A stretch of 64,000 bases of DNA. Origin: a virus (Duplodnaviria; Caudoviricetes). Of this stretch, positions 38,420 to 47,625 are shown piece by piece. Position numbers and translations under genes: made by a program. The notes beneath the pieces were generated by a model. That model did no database searches and had not been told where the DNA came from. It worked only from the letters and a program-made list of their open reading frames with translations. Location: the IMG/VR virus record IMGVR_UViG_3300029288_000072, positions 32,001 through 96,000 of that record; one strand, given 5' to 3'. Every line of letters starts with the position of its first letter. Positions within the stretch are counted from its first letter, which is position 1.

Positions 38420-39534
38420 TGGCTATTAGTTTTAACAATACATCTAAAGGAACTAATACTCAATTAAGTGAGTGTCTGAAGGATTTATTGTTTGCTTCTG
38501 GAGGGTCTGGTAAATTAGTAGAAATAATAAATAGCATAAATACAGCAGATTTAGAAGGGTTAGGGTTATCTAATATTACCAGAGGAACAGATTTTATTGC
38601 ATCAAATTTACAAAAATTTCAGGATGGTTTACCATTAAGCGATGTATTACCATCAAGCCAATTGCGTCCACCAATCAATATTACAAAAACTGCAACCGAT
38701 ATCGTAGCAGATCTACAAAATAGATGTACAGATTTTTTTCTTGCTGCATTAGATAGAATAAGTCCGATAGATAGACTTGAGCAATTATTAGATTTAGTAA
38801 ATGATTTGTGTGGACAATTGAATTTTTCATCTTTAAGAAAAGTAATTGATAAAATAGAACAAACTCAACGTGATATTATAAGAGAATCTTTAGACAAATT
38901 GACAACTCCATTACAAAAAGCAGCGCAATTAAATGATATGTTAGTTGATGCTATTAATAGTGGTTCACAAGATGCAATTAACAGAATAAATGATGCTATA
39001 GATGAATTAAAATATAACCAACTTTATGATTATGTTAATTCATTAGATCCATTAGAAGCAATAGGAAGATTACAAGCAGAAATAAAAAAACGTACACAGT
39101 TAGGTAACATTCAAGGTATTCAAGAATTGATGGGTGCAATAAATTCTATAGAAGCAACTATAAAATCATCATTAGATAATATAACATCTCCTATACAAGA
39201 TATATTTGATACTCCAGAAAATATTTTAAATGCTGCACAAAATAAAATAGATGATGCATTAAATCTTGGTAATTATGAGGAGATACAAAATATTATTACT
39301 GCATTCGATAATGTTCAAAATGAAGTTCTTTCTACATTACAAAATTTAGATCCTAAAACAATGTTACAAAAAGGATTAACATTATTAAATGATGCATTAA
39401 AAGAAGCAAATATTGCAAAATATAATACTATATTAGATGAAATGGCTAGAAAACTGTGTTCTGAATCACAATTAGGTACTATTCCAGAATTGCCCAACAT
39501 TCCAAATATTCAATTACCATGGATATTAACTTGA
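38419..39534 (+). CDS. alpha-helical hypothetical protein
   Basis: 371 aa, L/D/Q/N-rich helical. Confidence 0.7.
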   Translation: MAISFNNTSKGTNTQLSECLKDLLFASGGSGKLVEIINSINTADLEGLGLSNITRGTDFIASNLQKFQDGLPLSDVLPSSQLRPPINITKTATDIVADLQNRCTDFFLAALDRISPIDRLEQLLDLVNDLCGQLNFSSLRKVIDKIEQTQRDIIRESLDKLTTPLQKAAQLNDMLVDAINSGSQDAINRINDAIDELKYNQLYDYVNSLDPLEAIGRLQAEIKKRTQLGNIQGIQELMGAINSIEATIKSSLDNITSPIQDIFDTPENILNAAQNKIDDALNLGNYEEIQNIITAFDNVQNEVLSTLQNLDPKTMLQKGLTLLNDALKEANIAKYNTILDEMARKLCSESQLGTIPELPNIPNIQLPWILT

Positions 39535-39935
39535 TAATACAACATGATGTTTATACATTACGACTTAAACGGTATATTCAAACCGTTTTAAGAAAAGCTA
39601 TTAAAAATAATAATCCATATAAAAAATATATAAAACAATTAATTAAATTAGATATTGTTTTGAAAATGAATTCTAGATTAGCAGAAACTTGGGCATATTG
39701 TACATATGAAGAAAATAAAAGAAAATTTAATGGATTCGAAGTTAACTTTAATTTAGAACTATTTTATGGAATTTCTTCTACTAAATTTAGAAGAGAAATA
39801 ATAACACATGAATTGGCACATTGTATTGATGTGTTAATACGTGGGGATTCATTCCATGATACTGAATGGAGAAATATTCATATTTCATTGGGTGGAACAG
39901 GGGGAACATTTGCCGACCGAAAAGATTTTTCTTGA
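39519..39935 (+). CDS. SprT-like zinc metalloprotease
   Basis: HELAH...H...W. Confidence 0.8.
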   Translation: MDINLIIQHDVYTLRLKRYIQTVLRKAIKNNNPYKKYIKQLIKLDIVLKMNSRLAETWAYCTYEENKRKFNGFEVNFNLELFYGISSTKFRREIITHELAHCIDVLIRGDSFHDTEWRNIHISLGGTGGTFADRKDFS

Positions 39936-39965
39936 TTTTTATAATACCTTGATATAATTTCACAT

Positions 39966-40736
39966 ATGAAAATACTTTTAATTGGCGATGTACATGGAAG
40001 ATTTCAAAGATTTGGTAATCATATTTTGAATACCATTAATAGAGGTATTGAATTTGATGCTATAATTCAATGTGGAGATTTTGGAATATATACTGGAGCA
40101 AAAGAAGAATTAAGAAAATTAATGTTTAAAATAAAATTAAATAAATTAATTTATTTTATAGATGGCAATCACGAAGATCATTATACATTATACTTAGTTA
40201 AAAATAAATTAGATAAAATGGGTGTAATTTATCAACAACGAGGAACTATTTTAAAATTAAAAGATGGAACAAAAGTAGGATTTATGGGTGGAGCGTTCAA
40301 TGTAGATCGTCCTCAACAAAACTATTTAAATGGTACTTATAATTTTCCTCATAAATCACAAATAGAAAATTTTTCTAATCTTCTTAAAAAAGAAGGTGGT
40401 GTAGATTTAATGATTACTCATTCATGTCCTTCCAATATTGGTATAGGAATAAAAGGACATCAAGAATTTTTTGAAAGTGGACAAGTATTTATAGGAAAAT
40501 TGGGATTTCCTGTTTCTCCTGTACATGATATAGGCGATTCGTTTTTAACGGATTTGTGGAATCAAATAGAAGGATTTAGACCTAAACATTGGGTATTTGC
40601 TCATGTACATAAACATCATCTATCAAAAGTAGACAATACTGAATTTTGTTCTGTTGGTTGTTGTGATGGAACTGATGAATTACCACAACCAAAAATTTAT
40701 ATATACGATACAGAAACTAAAGAAATATTAATTTAA
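39966..40736 (+). CDS. metallophosphoesterase
   Basis: GDVHG, CGDFG, DGNHED, ITHSCP, FAHVH. Confidence 0.9.
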   Translation: MKILLIGDVHGRFQRFGNHILNTINRGIEFDAIIQCGDFGIYTGAKEELRKLMFKIKLNKLIYFIDGNHEDHYTLYLVKNKLDKMGVIYQQRGTILKLKDGTKVGFMGGAFNVDRPQQNYLNGTYNFPHKSQIENFSNLLKKEGGVDLMITHSCPSNIGIGIKGHQEFFESGQVFIGKLGFPVSPVHDIGDSFLTDLWNQIEGFRPKHWVFAHVHKHHLSKVDNTEFCSVGCCDGTDELPQPKIYIYDTETKEILI

Positions 40737-40752
40737 AAAGGTATAATAGTTT

Positions 40753-41097
40753 ATGAAAAAAATAATAAAACAATATTCCACCGATATATTATGGGCGTTA
40801 TTAGTAACTCTTTTTGAATTATCATGTTTAACAGTATGTTTATTCTTAATTGTTAATTATATTCCGCATGAAATATCTTGGTTGCCAACATCATTTTTAT
40901 CATGGTTTGTTCTGTTGGCAATTTATAGAGTTATAACATATAAATTATCAAATAATAATATTTCACAACCAGATATTCCATCTGGATATAATTCTACTCC
41001 ATATAAGGATAGTACAGATCAACCAATACCTGTTAGAAATGTAATACCAATAGAAGAAGCAGATGAACTTGACAGAGAACATTCCGTCAGAGAATGA
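40753..41097 (+). CDS. membrane protein
   Basis: Two TM segments. Confidence 0.65.
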   Translation: MKKIIKQYSTDILWALLVTLFELSCLTVCLFLIVNYIPHEISWLPTSFLSWFVLLAIYRVITYKLSNNNISQPDIPSGYNSTPYKDSTDQPIPVRNVIPIEEADELDREHSVRE

Positions 41098-41521
41098 ATT
41101 CCCTTGGCAATTAAACCAAGGAGAATTAGATGCTAGAACTGGACCTTCAATAGAAGAAGGGCCAGAATTAAAAAACTCTCCCCAATGGTTTAGGTATAAT
41201 AACCAGATGGGAGGAGAAACGGAACAAGAAAAATCTGAAAAACAAATATGTATACAAAAACAACTTGATATGGGTATATTACGCAAAAAAGTTGCACCAA
41301 ATATACAATCTCCAATAGAAGAAGATGTGAAAAAGAAATTTGTTAATTTTACAAATTTATTAAAACAAGATCCTAAATCATTAATACCAGACGTTAAAGA
41401 TACTTTTAAACCGATGGTTGTTGATAAAAATGGAAACAAAAGAAAATTGGGTCCGAATGACAAATGTCCATGTGGATCAGGTAAAAAGTTTAAAAAATGT
41501 CATGGGATAGGGAAGTTTTAA
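41063..41521 (+). CDS. SEC-C motif protein
   Basis: GPNDKCPCGSGKKFKKCHG. Confidence 0.85.
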   Translation: MNLTENIPSENEFPWQLNQGELDARTGPSIEEGPELKNSPQWFRYNNQMGGETEQEKSEKQICIQKQLDMGILRKKVAPNIQSPIEEDVKKKFVNFTNLLKQDPKSLIPDVKDTFKPMVVDKNGNKRKLGPNDKCPCGSGKKFKKCHGIGKF

Positions 41522-41603
41522 TATAAGTTCTTTGTCTAAAAAGACTTAAAAAGTGCTTGACATTTAAAATATATATATTATAATGTGCGCAAGGAGATAA
41601 ATT

Positions 41604-42194
41604 ATGAAATATTTTATCATATTTCTACTATTGAATTCAGGAATAGTAGTATCAGAGGAACCAAAAAAAGAGGAAATTAAACTTCCATTATCTGTAGAAA
41701 AGGCAGATGCCACATTAATAAAAGAATTAGAAGCAGCAACATCTGCATATAACAAATCCGTTGAAGAATCAATGAAAAAATACAATGCTGTTATTAAAAA
41801 AGAAAAAGATAAATTGAAATTATTAACAGATGCTCCTATAGTGGAAGAATTAGATAAAAAATTGGCAGGAGCAGAAGCATTACTTGCTGCTGCTAGGGAA
41901 ATGCAAGCTATTAAATTAGAAGTTCCTACATCTACAAATGCTCAACCACAACCAAAATTTAATATAATTGGACTTACTTTGATTTTTAAAGGAAAAGGAG
42001 AAATAACATTTGAGAAAGAAGAATTTTCTATGACATGGGATAGAGTTCATAAAAGAAAATGGACTAGCGAAGTTGTAAATAATCAGATAAATATAATTCT
42101 AAAATGGGAAAGAGGCGATGAACGATTAGTATATAATCCCACAACGAATACATTTACAACAGAGTTGTGGGGAGAAGCAACAATTAAGAAATGA
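41604..42194 (+). CDS. putative exported protein
   Basis: N-terminal signal-peptide-like segment; promoter 41557-41584; AAGGAG RBS. Confidence 0.7.
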   Translation: MKYFIIFLLLNSGIVVSEEPKKEEIKLPLSVEKADATLIKELEAATSAYNKSVEESMKKYNAVIKKEKDKLKLLTDAPIVEELDKKLAGAEALLAAAREMQAIKLEVPTSTNAQPQPKFNIIGLTLIFKGKGEITFEKEEFSMTWDRVHKRKWTSEVVNNQINIILKWERGDERLVYNPTTNTFTTELWGEATIKK

Positions 42195-42861
42195 TTTTAT
42201 AATCTAATATCATGTCATTATAGTTTTTAAATATATAATGCATACCATAGCAATTAGATTTAAACTCCTTAATTTGTGATATTATAGTTTTATCTATTAA
42301 GTTATATGAATTACAATATTTTAGATCAACCATTTCTTGTAAGCATGGTTGATCTAAAAGTTTTGGTTGTGATGATATACGATTTTCAATTTTTTGCGAC
42401 CAATCAATATAGAAATCTTTAAACTTATTAGGGTTAAAATATATGAAACCAGAACAAACCTTATTTCTTTTTAATTTTCTAATTTTATATCCTTCGTGTG
42501 ATATATGAATAAAAGAATCTGATAGTGTATCTAAATAATCATTTATGTTTTTAAAATATAATATATCAGAGTCAGAATATATAATTCTATCAAAGTTGTA
42601 AATATCAACTATATTTGGTAGTTGGCTTTTTAACCATTTACAAATATTATGAATTCCATATTCATAATATTTTTGTGGTATTATATTTTCCGCATTAATA
42701 TAAACAACTTCTGTTCTATTAATTTTATTTTCTATTTCCGTTGGTGAAACTATATATATTTTAATATTTTTATTATAAAATCTTAAATAACTTTCTATAC
42801 TAATATTCGTAATATTTGATATATTATTAGATGATATTGTATAATATAAAGTAGTCATCAA
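42184..42861 (-). CDS. glycosyltransferase (GT-A, GT8-like)
   Basis: IIYSDSDIL (DxD), CSGF, LDQPCL. Confidence 0.75.
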   Translation of the reverse strand: MMTTLYYTISSNNISNITNISIESYLRFYNKNIKIYIVSPTEIENKINRTEVVYINAENIIPQKYYEYGIHNICKWLKSQLPNIVDIYNFDRIIYSDSDILYFKNINDYLDTLSDSFIHISHEGYKIRKLKRNKVCSGFIYFNPNKFKDFYIDWSQKIENRISSQPKLLDQPCLQEMVDLKYCNSYNLIDKTIISQIKEFKSNCYGMHYIFKNYNDMILDYKIIS

Positions 42862-43460
42862 TAATCAACATCACTTTTTAAATTATATTGTGCGGTTAAT
42901 GTTACATTTGTTCTATAACTTAATATTTTAAAATCATGAATAGATCTATCTATAATTGTATTTTGTGTTTTTATAAAATTCATATAGTCAGTATTTATTA
43001 ATAGATCTTTATTTATTGAATAAAAATGTGATCCATATTTTTTTGTATGATTTATTAATTTAAGAGATGGTATATCTGTTATGAATTTTTTATTTTTCTT
43101 TCTAAAATATGGTTTCTCATTATGAAAACTTACTATATACCAATCAATATTTTTTATAATATTTATGTATTCCATAAAAATATTTTTAAAATTTGGATGA
43201 AAAATACAATCATCTTCTGCAATTAAACTATATTGTGAATTTTCTTTTAATATAGTTTCATAACATAGCAAATGACTTTGCTTACACCCATTTGCACCAC
43301 TCTTTCTAATCTTTTTATTTCTAGTATCTATTGCTTCTATTCTAACAATATCATTTTCATGAAAATTAAATGACATCAATGTATCATGTAATATATTAAA
43401 TTTTTCTATTCTATCATGTAAATTTATAATATAAATTTTATTAAAATATCCACATATCAT
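42858..43460 (-). CDS. glycosyltransferase family 25-like
   Basis: IYIINL..R, GCKQSH, LIAEDD. Confidence 0.8.
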   Translation of the reverse strand: MICGYFNKIYIINLHDRIEKFNILHDTLMSFNFHENDIVRIEAIDTRNKKIRKSGANGCKQSHLLCYETILKENSQYSLIAEDDCIFHPNFKNIFMEYINIIKNIDWYIVSFHNEKPYFRKKNKKFITDIPSLKLINHTKKYGSHFYSINKDLLINTDYMNFIKTQNTIIDRSIHDFKILSYRTNVTLTAQYNLKSDVDY

Positions 43461-44683
43461 AAAGTTATATTATCCTTTTTATTATATAATAAACACAATC
43501 CTTTTTCTGTATTATATATATGACATTTTATATCTGGATTGTCGTTCATTATTTTTTGTATACTCTCTTTTTCTCCTGACCTATGGCAATCGTGTATAAT
43601 TACAATTTTTGAAGAAGATATTGCATAGTGTAATGTATTATATCTTGATAAATGTTTTGTTCCTTTTGGTGAATCTACTAATGATAAATCATACATTTTA
43701 TCAGTTATGATATTTAATCCAGGAACATCATAAAATATGGTACTATCTATATTATATATTTTTTTATAATAATCCATATATTTTTGTACATATTCATATG
43801 AATCAATATTACATTTCATATTTTTGAAAAATACTGTCGATGTTCCAGGACCAAATTCTAACACAGATTTTATATTGTTATTATTAATGATTTTTTGTAA
43901 AATTTCAAATTCTATTTTTGTTAAACTACATTTTTGTATAGGTGGTATTATAGATTCTTCTATAGAAATATTTTTTGAATATTTTTCATATAGAATTAAA
44001 AACTCGTTACAGTAATCAAAAGATTTTAAAAAAGAAAACACATCAGGTATATTCAGTTTTTGATGTAATACTTTCGGAGTTTCTTTCAATGTTTTTAATG
44101 TTTTTCTCCAATTTCCACACATATTAAATCTATATGGAAAATCTTTATTATTGACTATATTAATATTTGTATGATTATCTATAACATACCGACCAAAAAC
44201 AAACATAAATCCATTGCGTTTGTCTCTATTTTTATATTTTTCATAAAAATTTTCAATAATCGGTATCATATTTATGGAGAAAAAACTACTTTGATCTGAT
44301 ATTTTTCTTTTATGTAATTTTCCAGCACACACAAAATCATATTGTCCTAATATAGACTCATATTCAAATTTTTCTATTTCATAACAGTCATGATCTTTCA
44401 AATATACAGAATCTTTATATGATTCTAAAATATATTTAACGCCTAGATATTTCGCCATACAACTTCCTATAAACCCTTTAAATATTTCTTCATTATTAAT
44501 ACATTTTATTCCCATATATTCATGATCAAAATTTGTAATTATTTTAATGTCATCTTTATTCCAACCAATTCTTAATGAATTTTCTATTTGTAGATTTATA
44601 TATGGAATTACATTTTCAATAGATAATGCTCTTTTCCATGAATTTTCTTTTGAATCTACTGTATATACAATGACGTTTTTCAA
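43457..44683 (-). CDS. GT-A-like domain fused to class I SAM methyltransferase-like domain
   Basis: YLKDHDC (DxD-like); VLEFGPGTST and LVDSP...IIIHDCHR. Confidence 0.6.
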   Translation of the reverse strand: MKNVIVYTVDSKENSWKRALSIENVIPYINLQIENSLRIGWNKDDIKIITNFDHEYMGIKCINNEEIFKGFIGSCMAKYLGVKYILESYKDSVYLKDHDCYEIEKFEYESILGQYDFVCAGKLHKRKISDQSSFFSINMIPIIENFYEKYKNRDKRNGFMFVFGRYVIDNHTNINIVNNKDFPYRFNMCGNWRKTLKTLKETPKVLHQKLNIPDVFSFLKSFDYCNEFLILYEKYSKNISIEESIIPPIQKCSLTKIEFEILQKIINNNNIKSVLEFGPGTSTVFFKNMKCNIDSYEYVQKYMDYYKKIYNIDSTIFYDVPGLNIITDKMYDLSLVDSPKGTKHLSRYNTLHYAISSSKIVIIHDCHRSGEKESIQKIMNDNPDIKCHIYNTEKGLCLLYNKKDNITL

Positions 44684-45399
44684 ATTGGAGTTCCTATATA
44701 TTCATATGATATATTTAAATTTTTTAATATTATTTCCGATTCATTTTTATATTTGTAGAATGATCCCCATGGTTTTGATGATATATGTTTATGCAATCTT
44801 TTATCATATTGATGACCAAATTTTTCTTTTGTTATTTCTTTATTTAATCCATCGCACCCAATAAATTTAATATGTGATATTCCAGTAAAAAAACAAAAAA
44901 GTAATGCTGTTTTTATTGTTCCTATATGAGTTGGCAACCAATTTCTTTCCGCCATTATGTATCTTGATATATCTGTAAATTTTATATTACACGTTTCATA
45001 TTTATATGGATATCCACAAAGTTCAGGGGAATCTTTCATCAATCCTTTATTCCTATTATATAATACACAATAATCTTTTATTTTTATACCATTTTTATCT
45101 ATAAAATCTGGATAATATTTTGATTCTTTCTTTGATTCCCATGACGGAAGAATACATGTATAAAACTTATTATTTTCTACTACATTTTTTGTCGCAATAT
45201 CATGCGCAAACATAAAATTATTATCTTTATCTTCTAATAAATATTCTTTACATAATAATGCACTTTCATTAATAAACAATTTAACAGAGTTTATATTTTT
45301 TAATTCAGAATAATCAAATAGTGTTGGACCTTTACCGACTATCAAACATTCTTGGTGTTTAAAAACATTAATATATGGAGATATAGTTAGTGAAGTCAT
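44680..45399 (-). CDS. DUF115/MptE-like (Maf/sialyltransferase-like fold) protein
   Basis: CLIVGKGPT...IKFIGCDG. Confidence 0.6.
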   Translation of the reverse strand: MTSLTISPYINVFKHQECLIVGKGPTLFDYSELKNINSVKLFINESALLCKEYLLEDKDNNFMFAHDIATKNVVENNKFYTCILPSWESKKESKYYPDFIDKNGIKIKDYCVLYNRNKGLMKDSPELCGYPYKYETCNIKFTDISRYIMAERNWLPTHIGTIKTALLFCFFTGISHIKFIGCDGLNKEITKEKFGHQYDKRLHKHISSKPWGSFYKYKNESEIILKNLNISYEYIGTPI

Positions 45400-46397
45400 T
45401 TTTTATCATCTATTTTTCTATCATATAATCCGGCGGTTTTTTCTGTAATTATATCTGGTATGTATTGTGTTGATTCTGTTATACAATCAATGAATGATTT
45501 ATATGGAAATGCTTTTAATTTAGATTCTTTATTACAATTATAAATATTAAAATTATTTTTTTCAAATATTGGTTGTAATTCAGCAAATCTTGATTTTAAT
45601 GCATCATATGTCTGCTTATTACTATTAATTGAATTTCCTGTTCTATCTTGATCAAAATGATATTTCTTATTTTCTGACATGTCTAAATCACATCCTAATA
45701 AATATACTTTTCTGAACCCCAATTGATATAATATTCTAATTGCTGCTAGCATAACAGATCTTTTACCACCAAGATCTTTATGACATCCCCAATTTACAGT
45801 ATCTTCCCATAGAAATTGATCTGCATTGAAATGGTTATTTCTTCTATAATATATTACATTAGGACATATACTTGGTGTAATATCACTAACTTCCCATTTT
45901 TCATTATCAAATATTTTTTTATTCGTATGGCATAATGGTATTATTTTTTGTATTTTGGGGTCTAAAAAAATGCTTTTTATAAATCTTTGAGGATGATCAA
46001 CTGATACCCATAAATTTGATCTAAATGTTTTAATAGAATTATTTACACCCATTGTACAATGTCCTGGATAGTCTAATAATTCTTTTGTAGTATATTCTTT
46101 ATTTCTAAAGAAAAATTTTTGAGCCATTAACTCTCCAAATGATGGTCCACCAAGAATCAAAAAACACGAAAATCCTTTATATAAATCTCCTATCCATAAA
46201 TTATGACCATCTTGTGTAAAAAATATTGGTGATGGTTGTAAAAACTGATTAATTGGATATCCAAATGTATTATCTCTTGCATGACGCAATTGTGCCCAAT
46301 CTTGTTTGTCTGTCTTTTCACTTTTTGGAAAAGAGTCTTTACTTCTTGTTAAAAATTTAAATTCCATTATATTATAGCACCTTCTATATTTAACCAA
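45396..46397 (-). CDS. DUF115/MptE-like (Maf/sialyltransferase-like fold) protein
   Basis: FLILGGPS, MGVNN, LGFRKVYLLGCD, IYNCN..S. Confidence 0.7.
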   Translation of the reverse strand: MVKYRRCYNIMEFKFLTRSKDSFPKSEKTDKQDWAQLRHARDNTFGYPINQFLQPSPIFFTQDGHNLWIGDLYKGFSCFLILGGPSFGELMAQKFFFRNKEYTTKELLDYPGHCTMGVNNSIKTFRSNLWVSVDHPQRFIKSIFLDPKIQKIIPLCHTNKKIFDNEKWEVSDITPSICPNVIYYRRNNHFNADQFLWEDTVNWGCHKDLGGKRSVMLAAIRILYQLGFRKVYLLGCDLDMSENKKYHFDQDRTGNSINSNKQTYDALKSRFAELQPIFEKNNFNIYNCNKESKLKAFPYKSFIDCITESTQYIPDIITEKTAGLYDRKIDDKK

Positions 46398-47212
46398 TCT
46401 TTATATTCACGTATTTCTATATTAATTTTATTTACACATTGTAATAAATCAACATTTACATTTATATCTTTTGCATATTGCACAATCGCATTTAAATCTT
46501 TTACTAAACATTTTCCACCAAACCCATATTCTCCATCCGGCCCAGGAACAGAACTATGGGAATTTCCTATTCGTTCATTATCGAATTCAACACACCGTAT
46601 TATATGTTCCCAACTATCAGAAGTTTTTGATAATTTTACAATATTATACATCTGATTCATAAAAATAACTTTTGTAGCCAAAAAACAATTTGTTATATAT
46701 TTTACAAGACTTGCTCCAACCAAATCACAAATTCCTATTTTATAATTATTATTACAGTTGCTATATTTTTTAAATAAATCTACTATTTCTAAACAATCTT
46801 CTAACTTTCCTCCAATGATCAATGACTTCATATTAATCATATCGTGAAGATAGTTTTTTTCTGTTAAAAATTCTGGACACATAACTAGACGAAATTTATA
46901 TTTCTGATGATATTCTTGTAATTTATCTGGTGTTACAGTAGACTTTATACAGATTATAGGATTAACCTGTTTATTAATATAATTATTTAATTTTAATAAT
47001 ATAGAATCTAATATTTCTGTATTAATTTTACCAGTATTTAAATCCATTGGCGTCGGAACACATAAAAATATAATTCTACTATTCGTGACTAAATAGTTTA
47101 TATCTGTACTATTTGTATATTTTGGATCATTTAAATAAATTTCAATATTATTTTTGAATGCATGTTCTACTGCTTTCCCTACAATACCGTACCCAATTAT
47201 ACCAATTCCCAT
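46367..47212 (-). CDS. UDP-glucose/GDP-mannose dehydrogenase family protein
   Basis: GIIGYGIVG, CVPTP, IKSTV.P, PEFL, GFGGKCLVKD. Confidence 0.92.
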   Translation of the reverse strand: MGIGIIGYGIVGKAVEHAFKNNIEIYLNDPKYTNSTDINYLVTNSRIIFLCVPTPMDLNTGKINTEILDSILLKLNNYINKQVNPIICIKSTVTPDKLQEYHQKYKFRLVMCPEFLTEKNYLHDMINMKSLIIGGKLEDCLEIVDLFKKYSNCNNNYKIGICDLVGASLVKYITNCFLATKVIFMNQMYNIVKLSKTSDSWEHIIRCVEFDNERIGNSHSSVPGPDGEYGFGGKCLVKDLNAIVQYAKDINVNVDLLQCVNKINIEIREYKDWLNIEGAII

Positions 47213-47228
47213 GAATATCCTTTTTAAT

Positions 47229-47579
47229 TTAATAAAACAGAATTAACCATTTATCTTCTTTCTGTATAACATTTAAACCATTATAAATCCAATTTTCTTC
47301 TTTTACAACATTTAATAAATTTTTATATATTTCAGCAGATGGTTCTATTTCAATAACATCACCAATAACATTTTTTCCCATTTCATTATTAATAAAAGAA
47401 ATAAATTTGTCAAATTTATCATTATGCAATCTTTTTAATTTACTTATTTCAAATAAAATATTAGATTTTGCATTCGAAACCATTTTAATAAATTTAAAAT
47501 CATTAATATTGTCTTCTGAAATTTTATCTGGATATTTTAATATAAAATTTACTATAGTTTCAAATTCTTTATTTTCCAT
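47229..47579 (-). CDS. hypothetical protein
   Basis: GGAG RBS. Confidence 0.65.
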   Translation of the reverse strand: MENKEFETIVNFILKYPDKISEDNINDFKFIKMVSNAKSNILFEISKLKRLHNDKFDKFISFINNEMGKNVIGDVIEIEPSAEIYKNLLNVVKEENWIYNGLNVIQKEDKWLILFY

Positions 47580-47625
47580 GAAATTCTCCTGGTTATTATT
47601 TTATCATAATAAAAAAATTTTTAAT

